Shown here: piece after piece, positions 1 through 8,442 of the stretch
Layout of the letters: the number at the start of each line of letters is the position of its first letter
Position numbering within the stretch: position 1 is the stretch's first letter
Origin: a virus
Taxonomy: Duplodnaviria; Caudoviricetes
Reading direction: 5' to 3' (one strand)
Length of the DNA: 43,043 nucleotides
Virus record (IMG/VR): IMGVR_UViG_3300005281_000072
Location: 1 to 43,043 of that record
Position numbers and translations under genes: made by a program
The notes under the pieces: model-generated
What the model was told of the DNA's origin: nothing
What the model saw: the letters and a program-made list of their open reading frames with translations, nothing else
Database searches by the model: none

Positions 1-29
1 AAAAAAAAAAAAAAAAAAAAAGAGGCGGA
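1..29. repeat. Terminal direct repeat, left copy (A21-GAGGCGGA); circular assembly overlap
   Basis: Same sequence as 43017-43043 (A19-GAGGCGGA) apart from homopolymer length. Confidence 0.9.
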
Positions 30-43
30 CCCGAAGGCCCGCC
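1..43 (-). terminator. Rho-independent terminator with very long U-tract
   Basis: Minus strand reads GGCGGGCC-TTCG-GGTCCGCC (cUUCGg tetraloop), then TCT and ~20 T, 20 bp after the stop of 64..1041. Confidence 0.85.
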
Positions 44-63
44 CAAGTTGGGGAGGAGAGGTA

Positions 64-1041
64 TCAGTCGTCCGAGAGGATACCGGCTTCCTCAGCCGCG
101 TCGATCACCGCGGAGCGCTTCTTGCGCAGGGTCTTGTGCTCGTCGAGGTCAACTTCAAGTTCGTGTTCCTCGACCAGGGCCTCGAGCTCGTCCTGCGACA
201 TCTCGTTGATGGCGTCGGCAGTCACGCCTTCGCTATCGCCTTCTCCTTCGCCTTCGCCATCCAGGTCGATGCCCGCTTCCTCGGCAGCCTCGCGCAGGTC
301 GTCCTCGTCGAGCTCCTCGAGTTCGGCCTTGAGCTTCTTGACCACCTTTCCCTTAATACCCGCAGCCTTGGCGAGCGCCTTGATCTGGTCATCATCGAGT
401 TCATCCAGATCGATGCCACCTTCGTCCTCACCGTCGCCGCCGTCTTCGTCCTTGTCCTCGTCCTCGTCTTCGATCAGGCCGAGTTCCTTCGCGGCCTCGA
501 GCACCTCGTCCTCATCGGCGTCTTCGAGTTCCTTGCGGATCGCGGCAGCCTTCTTGGCCTTGATGCCGAGTGCCTTGCCCAGTCTCACGATGTCGGCATC
601 ATCCACTTCGTCGAGGTCGAACTCGACATCGCCATCTTCGTCACTGGCGTCAGCACCGCCCTCAGCCGCCCAGAAATCTTCCGGTTTGATGCGGGTCTGG
701 CCATTGTAGGTGTCCTTGTACGTCGAGCACATGGCCACCTTACCCACGAACTCGTCGGCGTAGTCGGCAGGATCGAAGTCACCCTTCGGCACGTCGCCGA
801 GGAAGGCCTCGAACACTTCGCGAGTACGCCACAGGGCGTTCGGTGACAGCGAGGCGTTGTGGTACATGATCGAGCCCTTGTGCTCGCCGGTACCTTCGAG
901 CTTCATGGCAAAGTACGGCGCGTTCTCGCCTTCCTCGACCGTGCATTCCACCACCTTGACTAGGTACTCTTGCCCGGCAGCAAAGCCCTTGCCGACGTTA
1001 TCGAAGTTGACGGTGAACGTGGTTTTCTTCTTCCGTGCCAT
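64..1041 (-). CDS. DUF669-like / SSB-like protein with long acidic repeat-containing C-terminus
   Basis: N-terminal beta-rich domain next to Sak4-like and Cas4-like genes; very D/E-rich tail with repeated helical units. Confidence 0.6.
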   Translation of the reverse strand: MARKKKTTFTVNFDNVGKGFAAGQEYLVKVVECTVEEGENAPYFAMKLEGTGEHKGSIMYHNASLSPNALWRTREVFEAFLGDVPKGDFDPADYADEFVGKVAMCSTYKDTYNGQTRIKPEDFWAAEGGADASDEDGDVEFDLDEVDDADIVRLGKALGIKAKKAAAIRKELEDADEDEVLEAAKELGLIEDEDEDKDEDGGDGEDEGGIDLDELDDDQIKALAKAAGIKGKVVKKLKAELEELDEDDLREAAEEAGIDLDGEGEGEGDSEGVTADAINEMSQDELEALVEEHELEVDLDEHKTLRKKRSAVIDAAEEAGILSDD

Positions 1042-1889
1042 CAGTTGGCTCCTTTAATTGTTTTGAGGATTTCCTCGTAGGTTGGATCGACCAGAAAGTC
1101 GGGAAGCGAGACTGCTTTCGGCTTTCTGAATTTCGTTATATACGAGGCACTAGGCCCTAGTCGAATACAATACTCTTTAACCTCCTTTTCCTGAGACATC
1201 TTTCCTTTGATCTTGGATTTGACAATCCTCGACCGGATGAACGTGTGGCCGACCACACTGACGGCCGCGCACAGGTGCGACATCACGCTGGGCGACAGGC
1301 GCGGACCAACTTCGGGATCAAGCATCCCCTCGGTGTCGCCTTCTTCACCTACGTTGAATGTGCGGTCCTGCGCAAGGAACACCACCTCCATATCCAGATC
1401 GCGGAAGTTAGTGATCCAAGTCTTGAGCCGGCTGGCAACATCACCCCAGTCGCTTTTGGTCATTGTGCCCCAGTCGCCGGCTACCTTGTTCTTGAGGTTC
1501 TTGCGTTCGGCAATCTCCTCGACTACGATCTGCTGGAGCTGTGTGATTGTGTCGATCACGACCGTCTTGTACTCGCCAGGGTTCTGCACCAGCCACCAGT
1601 AGGCCTGCTCGAGGTCCTCCCAACAAGTGATGTCCATGACCTTCGCGCCCTTCACGTCGGACACGCTGTCATCGCCATCGTCCTTGCAATCGAGGAACAG
1701 CACTGGCCCAGGGAACGTGCCGGCGAGTGTCGTCTTGCCAGAACCCGCACGACCATAGAACACCCAGGAGCGCCCCTTCTGTTTTGAGCCGGGATCACGC
1801 ACCGGTAAAGGCCCTGACCGCTGCGTAGTTCTTCGTGTGGACGGGTGGCTTTTCGTCGTCGTCTTGCTGCTTCTTATCCTTAGTGCCAT
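1041..1889 (-). CDS. AAA_24 / Sak4-like P-loop ATPase (recombinase)
   Basis: Walker A GRAGSGKTT, Walker B VVIDTIT; start moved to ATG 1889, which follows an AGGAAAGGA RBS. Confidence 0.85.
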   Translation of the reverse strand: MALRIRSSKTTTKSHPSTRRTTQRSGPLPVRDPGSKQKGRSWVFYGRAGSGKTTLAGTFPGPVLFLDCKDDGDDSVSDVKGAKVMDITCWEDLEQAYWWLVQNPGEYKTVVIDTITQLQQIVVEEIAERKNLKNKVAGDWGTMTKSDWGDVASRLKTWITNFRDLDMEVVFLAQDRTFNVGEEGDTEGMLDPEVGPRLSPSVMSHLCAAVSVVGHTFIRSRIVKSKIKGKMSQEKEVKEYCIRLGPSASYITKFRKPKAVSLPDFLVDPTYEEILKTIKGAN

Positions 1890-2847
1890 CGAGGTATTCC
1901 TTTCCTTTGATGTAGTCAACGTCCAGCCCCTGAAGTCGAGCGCGGCACAACGGCTCGTAGTCACACCAGCCGCAATGCCTTTCGATATTCATGGGCCAAT
2001 GTTTTGGCCTCTTCTCTTCGGTCCTTACCATCTCCTGGACCGTTACCATGAAGTCATTGAAGACCATGTCGGCAACAGCACGATTGACCGGGGTATGGAT
2101 ACGCTGGAAATAGTTACTCCGGTTTTTCTCAGCTGAGGCCATCAGCTGTGGATACAGTTTCGGCTTCTCGCCGCGATCCTCGAGGATACGCATGATCTTC
2201 GAAGGCAACGTGTCGATGGCCTTCTGTGAAAGCGACCCATCCTTCAGGATGCCAGGCACCGCAGGCGGCTTGGATTTGATGTAGTCCCACAGGGTACCGT
2301 CGAGAGGCTTCCAGCCGAGGATGTCATTCGCACGGAAGTACGAGACGGACTGCAGGTTGCGCCAGCGCTCATCGTCGCCCGGTTGCCGCGTGTAGGTTTT
2401 GTGCTCGACCAGCCAGCGCAGCTTGTTAGGCGTTACAGCGATCAGGTCGATCTTGCCATTCCATATGACATCTGGAAACAGCTCAATCTCGAAGGTGTGC
2501 TCGGCACCGCGACCCTTCTTGCGAACGGGCCGAAGGTCATCGTTCTTCCAGTAGCTGAGGTAGTCTCGGATGATGTCCTCGCAATCCTCAAGAATATCAC
2601 CATACTCCTCCCGCTCCTGGGCGAATAGGCGCATTGTTGCTACGTCGGCTCGCAGTTCGTCGAAGTAGCCCATCGCGTCGTCACCGTTGAAGTGACGCTC
2701 GAGTGCCGAGTGGATCATCGTCCCGAACTGGAGCGGACGCGACTTTCTCTTTCTTTTAAGCTTTTGGTTATAGCGGTAGTCATACGCTTGCAGGCAACGG
2801 CGGTAAGTTTTAACCTTCGACTGACTGACTTTGAATTTAGAGGCCAT
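1795..2847 (-). CDS. PD-(D/E)XK Cas4/RecB-like exonuclease
   Basis: SQSKV..Y..C, GTMIHSALE, GKIDL..LVEHKT and C-terminal CGWCDYEPLC motifs; start at ATG 2847. Confidence 0.85.
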   Translation of the reverse strand: MASKFKVSQSKVKTYRRCLQAYDYRYNQKLKRKRKSRPLQFGTMIHSALERHFNGDDAMGYFDELRADVATMRLFAQEREEYGDILEDCEDIIRDYLSYWKNDDLRPVRKKGRGAEHTFEIELFPDVIWNGKIDLIAVTPNKLRWLVEHKTYTRQPGDDERWRNLQSVSYFRANDILGWKPLDGTLWDYIKSKPPAVPGILKDGSLSQKAIDTLPSKIMRILEDRGEKPKLYPQLMASAEKNRSNYFQRIHTPVNRAVADMVFNDFMVTVQEMVRTEEKRPKHWPMNIERHCGWCDYEPLCRARLQGLDVDYIKGKEYLDGTKDKKQQDDDEKPPVHTKNYAAVRAFTGA

Positions 2848-3026
2848 TGACCCATCCTTTCCAGATATGCTTTGCCGCCCCAGCCGGCTTCGGGTTTTTT
2901 CGCACAGGTCGGGCACAGGGGGAAGAGCCCGTCCTTGACCCAGTATCGGGTCGGTTGTTTACAGTCGACACAATCTTCCTTCGGCCAGTGCCTCATAACA
3001 GAAGTGTCAGGATACACTTTCATCAT
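2715..3026 (-). CDS. Small putative zinc-finger protein
   Basis: CVDC...CPTC pair; G-rich RBS; sits between pol and exonuclease but overlaps the latter by ~130 bp. Confidence 0.5.
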   Translation of the reverse strand: MMKVYPDTSVMRHWPKEDCVDCKQPTRYWVKDGLFPLCPTCAKKPEAGWGGKAYLERMGQWPLNSKSVSRRLKLTAVACKRMTTAITKSLKERESRVRSSSGR

Positions 3027-3115
3027 AGGCCAGTCAACCCCCTTCTTCTAAACTTGCGCAGCTTATTCTCCATGTGGCATTTACTCTGACCCGGTCCTCC
3101 ATCTTCTCGACGAGT

Positions 3116-5611
3116 TTATGAACGCCTCGCCACCTTGCGTCTTTCACGTTGCGCCTCCTTCCATTTCTCAATCGACATCCCTTTGCCCCAAGGACCGACT
3201 TCACCGTCGGCCTCAATGGGCACACTCATCTTGATGCCGAACTCATCCATCAGATCGGGCCAACGCATGATTTCCAACATCCTGTGGTAGACTTCCTCAA
3301 CCATATCATCGCGGACACGGAACAAAACAGCATCATGCACAGTACCACATATCTTCACGACATCACGTCCATATTCCTTCCGGAGCTGGATCGCAGCCAT
3401 AAGGTTCACCTCGTTAGCGAACGATTGCACAGGCGAGTTGATCGCTTGACGCTCAGCCTCACGACGCTCAGGCGTGTCCTCAGCTGACCGAGCAGCAGGC
3501 AGTCGACGTTTTCTGCCTGACAATGACTTCACATAGCCATGGCGCCTGGCGTATTTGCGTTGACGATTGTGCCAGGTGACAAGGTCTGGATAGTTGTCGA
3601 AGAATGCGACACGCGATGCCTCGGCTTCTTCATCGGTGATGATGATACCATAATTGTCGCGGGCATATACCTTAAATTTCTTCCACCACATTCCATACAG
3701 ATAACCGAAGTTGATCGCCTTGGCCTTCTTGCGTAGTTCCTTCCACTCCTTGTTAATTTCGATGCAAGCCTCATGCCCCGCCTTGATGAGCAACTCGATG
3801 GCATCACTGTAGGCCATGTCATCCTTCTTGGCAAGCTGACATGCAGTACTAATAACCAAGTCCTTCTGACCCCCACCTCGTGCAATCTCACGAATGCCCG
3901 TGAGCCAGTGCACGTCGATCCCGTTGACGAAGGCATGTATCATGTTTCGTTCGCGAGCGAGCTCAGCGGCGATCCTTAGTTCAGCCTGAGACAAGTCGCA
4001 TTGAATGAGGGTCCAACCTTCCTCGGCCGATATAAGACTGCGGATGCGCGGGTCACGAGGCACCTGCTGAAGGTTCGGATGTTCGCACGATAGTCGACCT
4101 GTAACTGTTCCGTGAAGCTTAAACGACGGGTGAAGGTACCAGCCTCGCTTCTGCTTGTGGAGAAATGGCTTCCAGCCGTCGATAAAGAACGAAAGCTGTT
4201 GCTTAGCTGCTCGAAAGCGGAGCAGAGCTTCCGTGCAAGGATGGTCAATTCGTTTAATAACGCTCTCACTGCACGAAGGGTTGCCCGCTGCTGTCTTGTC
4301 GAGGGGTTTAATGCCAAGGTCTTCAAAAAGTAATTTTGCAAGTTGCGCCGGTGATCCCCAATTGAAACTCTGCTTCTTTCCTTTGGCGTCGAGTACATAT
4401 TCGGGCTCCCATTTCTTCAGCTCCTTGAGTGCGGTGTTGTACTGCTCACGCAGCACCTTCTCGGCCTCCTCGAACTGGTCATAGTCAATGAAGACGCCAT
4501 CATATTCAACCTCGATAAACAGGTTGGCACATGGCATCATAATCTTGTCGAAGACCTTTTTCACTTCGGGGTCTTCCTTTAGCATTTTGCCAAAGACAAA
4601 CCGAAGCTTTCGAGTGTAGTACAGGTCGTGGGCAAGGTATTTGCAGTGCTTGGTCAGCGGGACATTCATGCCCTGCTTCTCGGTTAAGTCGATTTCCCAG
4701 TCGGGCGCACCACAGTAAACCTGAGCGAGGTATTTCAAGCCATGACGCATGTTCTCATCGAGCAGGAAGTGCGCCAGCATCGTGTCGAAGTCGAGTTTCC
4801 ATTGAACGCCTAAGTGAACCCAAGTCCACAGGAGGTCAAACTTCCCGTTGTGCCCGATCAGCATGAAGTCGTCGCGTCGCTCGTCGATCAGGTCAATCAT
4901 CTCAATGATCTCTTCCTGAGTCCAGGGAGACTGTGGATGATTGACTGGGATGCACCACTGAGTGCGAGCTGTGCCGAAACCAATGCTGACGATTTTTGGC
5001 TCGGGATCATCAACAAGGTTGCCGAACTTGTCGAAGTGTCGAGTGCGCCATGGGTAGAGTTGCGTTGTCTCGATGTCGTAAGACACGGCGCCGTGAAGGT
5101 CCTCAAGCATTTCCTCCACGTCATCATGCGACATAACGATCCGCCAGGACAACTCCCTGGTTTCGGGGATACCGCCAAATGCCATGATGTCATCGACCAA
5201 TTTGAGGTCAGCTCTCATCAGCATTTCCTGCTTGTCATCATGTCGCATGACAGCGGGGTTATTCATCGGCAGGTAGATGCGATTATCTTGTTGCAGCGGC
5301 TTACCACGAAGACGGGATATACCCGCCTTTCCTGTGATTGTTTTCAGCGGCGTATTGCCGACCAGGATCACGAACTTGTAGCCATCGAGTTCACTATGCA
5401 GGCGGTCGACGTTCGACTTGATTTCTGTCTTGGTCGCCTGCTTCCCATTTTTGGGTTCGGCGGGAAGAACCGATAGCCGCTTGACCTTGTACTTCTTCTC
5501 AAGCGGCTCGATGATGTACTCGAGCGCGTCCCATGTTCGAGGGCAATTATCCGGAGACTCAGTGACGATGGCGATCTTTCGGAGTTGCTTCTTGGGCTTA
5601 TGTTTCGACAT
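3116..5611 (-). CDS. polA: Family A DNA polymerase with 3'-5' exonuclease and N-terminal degenerate uracil-DNA-glycosylase-like domain
   Basis: Exo motifs YDIETT, HNGKFD, YLAHD; TGRLS..PNLQQVPR; motif A DLSQAELR; motif B RKKAKAINFGYLYG; motif C VHDAV; N-terminal ILVGNTPL..GISRLRG..NNPA. Confidence 0.95.
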   Translation of the reverse strand: MSKHKPKKQLRKIAIVTESPDNCPRTWDALEYIIEPLEKKYKVKRLSVLPAEPKNGKQATKTEIKSNVDRLHSELDGYKFVILVGNTPLKTITGKAGISRLRGKPLQQDNRIYLPMNNPAVMRHDDKQEMLMRADLKLVDDIMAFGGIPETRELSWRIVMSHDDVEEMLEDLHGAVSYDIETTQLYPWRTRHFDKFGNLVDDPEPKIVSIGFGTARTQWCIPVNHPQSPWTQEEIIEMIDLIDERRDDFMLIGHNGKFDLLWTWVHLGVQWKLDFDTMLAHFLLDENMRHGLKYLAQVYCGAPDWEIDLTEKQGMNVPLTKHCKYLAHDLYYTRKLRFVFGKMLKEDPEVKKVFDKIMMPCANLFIEVEYDGVFIDYDQFEEAEKVLREQYNTALKELKKWEPEYVLDAKGKKQSFNWGSPAQLAKLLFEDLGIKPLDKTAAGNPSCSESVIKRIDHPCTEALLRFRAAKQQLSFFIDGWKPFLHKQKRGWYLHPSFKLHGTVTGRLSCEHPNLQQVPRDPRIRSLISAEEGWTLIQCDLSQAELRIAAELARERNMIHAFVNGIDVHWLTGIREIARGGGQKDLVISTACQLAKKDDMAYSDAIELLIKAGHEACIEINKEWKELRKKAKAINFGYLYGMWWKKFKVYARDNYGIIITDEEAEASRVAFFDNYPDLVTWHNRQRKYARRHGYVKSLSGRKRRLPAARSAEDTPERREAERQAINSPVQSFANEVNLMAAIQLRKEYGRDVVKICGTVHDAVLFRVRDDMVEEVYHRMLEIMRWPDLMDEFGIKMSVPIEADGEVGPWGKGMSIEKWKEAQRERRKVARRS

Positions 5612-6071
5612 CAACCAGGTCCTTTGTTTCCCAGTCAATAACATATCCTGCTGGAAGCACCCTGTAAATGCCGATGTCCTGGCCATGACCAATTAGGTGG
5701 TCAGCTATGCGATACGGGGTGCCGAAGAAGATACGCTTCACCACGCCGGCGTCCACGATTTCCTCGAAACAGGCCTTGCATGGACTGTCGGTCACATAGA
5801 GGTCGAACCGAGTGTCCGCTGTAACTGTGATGCCCCGTGGGACGTGGCGCAGGGCGTTCACTTCGGCATGGATGGTTTCGTGGCAGTGCTGCTTGCCTGG
5901 GCAGTCATTGCCGGCACAATGAGGAGCGCCCGAAGGCGCCCCGTTGTAGCCGATGCTCACAATGCTGCGGCCTTGAACCAGCACAGCCCCGACATTAAGT
6001 CTCATGCAGGTTGACCGGCGCGCTACTGCCTGAGCAATCTCCATGAACATTTGGGGCCGTGTCGTTCTCAT
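5598..6071 (-). CDS. dCMP deaminase family protein
   Basis: RSTC.R..VGAV, GYNG, HAEVNAL and SPCKAC zinc-deaminase motifs. Confidence 0.92.
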   Translation of the reverse strand: MRTTRPQMFMEIAQAVARRSTCMRLNVGAVLVQGRSIVSIGYNGAPSGAPHCAGNDCPGKQHCHETIHAEVNALRHVPRGITVTADTRFDLYVTDSPCKACFEEIVDAGVVKRIFFGTPYRIADHLIGHGQDIGIYRVLPAGYVIDWETKDLVDVET

Positions 6072-6119
6072 AGGATGTCCTCCTTGGTCTCGATGTCAAC
6101 CATCAAGTGTCGCATTGAG

Positions 6120-6455
6120 CTATCTCCAGAGTTGGTAGGCAATGATCCCAATGACAGACCAGAACAGAATGCCAAGGGGCAGGGCCCATTTCATCACACG
6201 ACGCAGACCATCAGTGTCGCGCTGGAATGGGTACTCGGTTTCTATTGTCAACGGCGGATGGGTTTCGCCGGTAACATGAAGCCACACAGTGCCATAGAAC
6301 AGGCAGTGCAGCCGTTCGCGCCACGTCATCTTCCACTTCGAGATAACAACGTCCAAGCCCGGCTGTTTCCAGACGTGTAGGGCGTAGACGTTCTCCTCCT
6401 CGCCTTCGGGCGGAAGCAGTTGCGTCGTGGCCTCGGGGAACTTGACACCTCTCAT
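6120..6455 (-). CDS. Hypothetical protein with C-terminal transmembrane helix
   Basis: ATGA coupling to upstream gene; hydrophobic C-terminus WALPLGILFWSVIGIIAY. Confidence 0.7.
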   Translation of the reverse strand: MRGVKFPEATTQLLPPEGEEENVYALHVWKQPGLDVVISKWKMTWRERLHCLFYGTVWLHVTGETHPPLTIETEYPFQRDTDGLRRVMKWALPLGILFWSVIGIIAYQLWR

Positions 6456-7309
6456 TTCGGTCCTTCCTTTCTCATGGTGATCATGTCATTGGCGAAGACG
6501 TGCAGGCTCGTGCAGTGCATCGTGAACGTGCCTGGACGAACGTCCCACCATGCAGGATCAATCTCGCGGCAACGATTGAGAACCCACAGGAGGAGACGGA
6601 TAGTGAGGTAGATGTCGTCCTGCATATGGCGGAAGAAGTCGCAGGACCTCAGCGGATAGTAGATATGCAGATTGCCGCCACGAACCCAAAACTGATAGCC
6701 CAGGCTGCAAGGCTTGCGACCGCCGACAACTTCTCCGACATCCTCTGGGTGGAATATCGGAAACCACTCCTGGCGGCTGAGTGGGTTTTTGGCGAGCGAT
6801 TGGACCAAGTCATTCAGATCCCCATACTCATTTCGGATGCCATAACGAGGCGTTGCGCCTAGTCGGTCATAGCGACCTTCTTCATCCGGAGTGTTGCCCG
6901 CATATTTTGGCCAATAGCGTTCCATGTAATTGTGGTTGAACTTGCCATCTTCATCGAGGAAGCGAGCAGCGTTATCGCCCCACGGCCAATTTGCCCATTC
7001 AACACCTGGGTTGATGGGCTGTCCGCAGACGCGCTCCTCGAAGTGATCGTCCGCCCAAGGCAGGTTGGGCTGCACGTCATCGCGCCAGTGTTGCAAGTCT
7101 TCGTTGCCTTTGAGGTCATAGGTGAACGTGTAGTTCATCAGCTCGTAGCTTGCCATCTCAGGTCGCTTACTGATGTCAATGCCCTGCCACTTTTCGGTAT
7201 GCACCTTATGAGCATGAGCCAAGAACAAGTTCCATGTGTGAGCACGAATGCGCTGGAACGAGTCTCGGCCCGACAGGTAGTTGAAAGGAATAATGCGGTC
7301 AGTCGTCAT
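6452..7309 (-). CDS. Thymidylate-synthase-fold protein 1 (dCMP hydroxymethylase-like)
   Basis: KPCSLGYQF catalytic Cys; LRSCDFFRHMQDDIY (RSxD plus Asp at the E. coli TS Asn177 position); SLHVF; start ATG 7309 after GAGGA. Confidence 0.85.
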   Translation of the reverse strand: MTTDRIIPFNYLSGRDSFQRIRAHTWNLFLAHAHKVHTEKWQGIDISKRPEMASYELMNYTFTYDLKGNEDLQHWRDDVQPNLPWADDHFEERVCGQPINPGVEWANWPWGDNAARFLDEDGKFNHNYMERYWPKYAGNTPDEEGRYDRLGATPRYGIRNEYGDLNDLVQSLAKNPLSRQEWFPIFHPEDVGEVVGGRKPCSLGYQFWVRGGNLHIYYPLRSCDFFRHMQDDIYLTIRLLLWVLNRCREIDPAWWDVRPGTFTMHCTSLHVFANDMITMRKEGPK

Positions 7310-8111
7310 CGTCAGGGTCCTCATATTCGCTGGACATGCCAGGATGGTTGTCGCCGACATATTCGGTCAGCTCTTCTTTGATGTCGGGGTCGATAAGCTT
7401 ATGGAACATATCGTGGACCCTCATACCTTGGGCATATTTTTGGATGCCTCTATGGTACTCGGGAATTAGGTAGCGTGCCGTCCACTTGACGCACCACGTC
7501 CAGAAATAAGGGTCTTTCTTCGCGACCTTCTCGAGCACCGACACAGGATCGTCTAGGTTCGGTGCCAGTGTCGCGAAGTACATGGGATGGACCGTGACGT
7601 TGGCGAAGAAAAACGTCAGCTTGGTCAGCGGGATCGTTTTAAGATCGAACGGTGGCAACAGCACGTCACGGATGAACACAAGGTCCGCTGGGAATTTCTT
7701 GAACACCTCGGTAGTACGGTAGAACGCATGGGCCTCGGCAGTATGATCGCCGTGGTAGGTCAGCGACATCGACTGAATGCACGGTGTCATAACACTGGCT
7801 CGTTTGCTGCCCTTGTTCGGGTCAGACTTCGTGGTGTGCCCGTGACAGGTAAACGAGACGCTGCCATACTTGCGTTGCTTGAGGCGCTTATCCCACAATG
7901 GCACGACAGCATCGCGGGATGCCTCGACCAGGTAGAGTCTCTTCAGCATGGACATCTTCGAGTTTGTGTAACCGCAGTCTATCATCTGCAGGTCATCACT
8001 GATGTCGGTGAAGGTCCTCGTGACATTGCTGATGATCTTCCGAGCTCCGGAGTACTCATCGGCAGGGGTCGCCATCAGGTCGAGGCAAAACTTGATCCAA
8101 TCATTCTTCAT
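7299..8111 (-). CDS. Divergent thymidylate-synthase-fold protein 2
   Basis: TPCIQSM followed by FYRTTEVFKKFPADLVF, matching TS PC...RSxD-x7-N/D spacing. Confidence 0.65.
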   Translation of the reverse strand: MKNDWIKFCLDLMATPADEYSGARKIISNVTRTFTDISDDLQMIDCGYTNSKMSMLKRLYLVEASRDAVVPLWDKRLKQRKYGSVSFTCHGHTTKSDPNKGSKRASVMTPCIQSMSLTYHGDHTAEAHAFYRTTEVFKKFPADLVFIRDVLLPPFDLKTIPLTKLTFFFANVTVHPMYFATLAPNLDDPVSVLEKVAKKDPYFWTWCVKWTARYLIPEYHRGIQKYAQGMRVHDMFHKLIDPDIKEELTEYVGDNHPGMSSEYEDPDDDD

Positions 8112-8379
8112 GGCCAAGCTGCCTCTTGATGTCTTCGATCTCTCTCACGAACTTCGCCGCGGCATTAAACAGCTGCTTCTTCTGTTCCCACTGTGGGTCT
8201 TTTTTCATTGCGATGAAGACCTCGGGATCGATGACCGCGCCTGCACTTTCGAAGAAATTCGTTTGCTCGATTAGATGTTGCCAATCGAACATAGCCAAAA
8301 GCTGACATGCGGACTGCACGGAGCTCATGGCTCTCTTGAAATCATCGTCGGTGGTAATCTGCTGCTTTCTCAGGTCCAT
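8101..8379 (-). CDS. Hypothetical protein
   Basis: AGGAGG RBS; coupled to the downstream TS-like gene. Confidence 0.75.
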   Translation of the reverse strand: MDLRKQQITTDDDFKRAMSSVQSACQLLAMFDWQHLIEQTNFFESAGAVIDPEVFIAMKKDPQWEQKKQLFNAAAKFVREIEDIKRQLGHEE

Positions 8380-8442
8380 ATTCGTCTACCTCCTAAACGT
8401 GCATTGTACTCGATCAATCGACCAAGCACAACGCCGTTTGTC

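Noticed and set aside
1-29. Terminal repeat as physical phage DTR or poly-A tail
   Set aside because: Only ~27 bp, anchored on a homopolymer inside a terminator between co-oriented genes; best explained as an assembly overlap
3034-3225. Small ORF between pol and the Zn-finger gene
   Set aside because: Mostly overlaps the polymerase C-terminus and has no recognisable features
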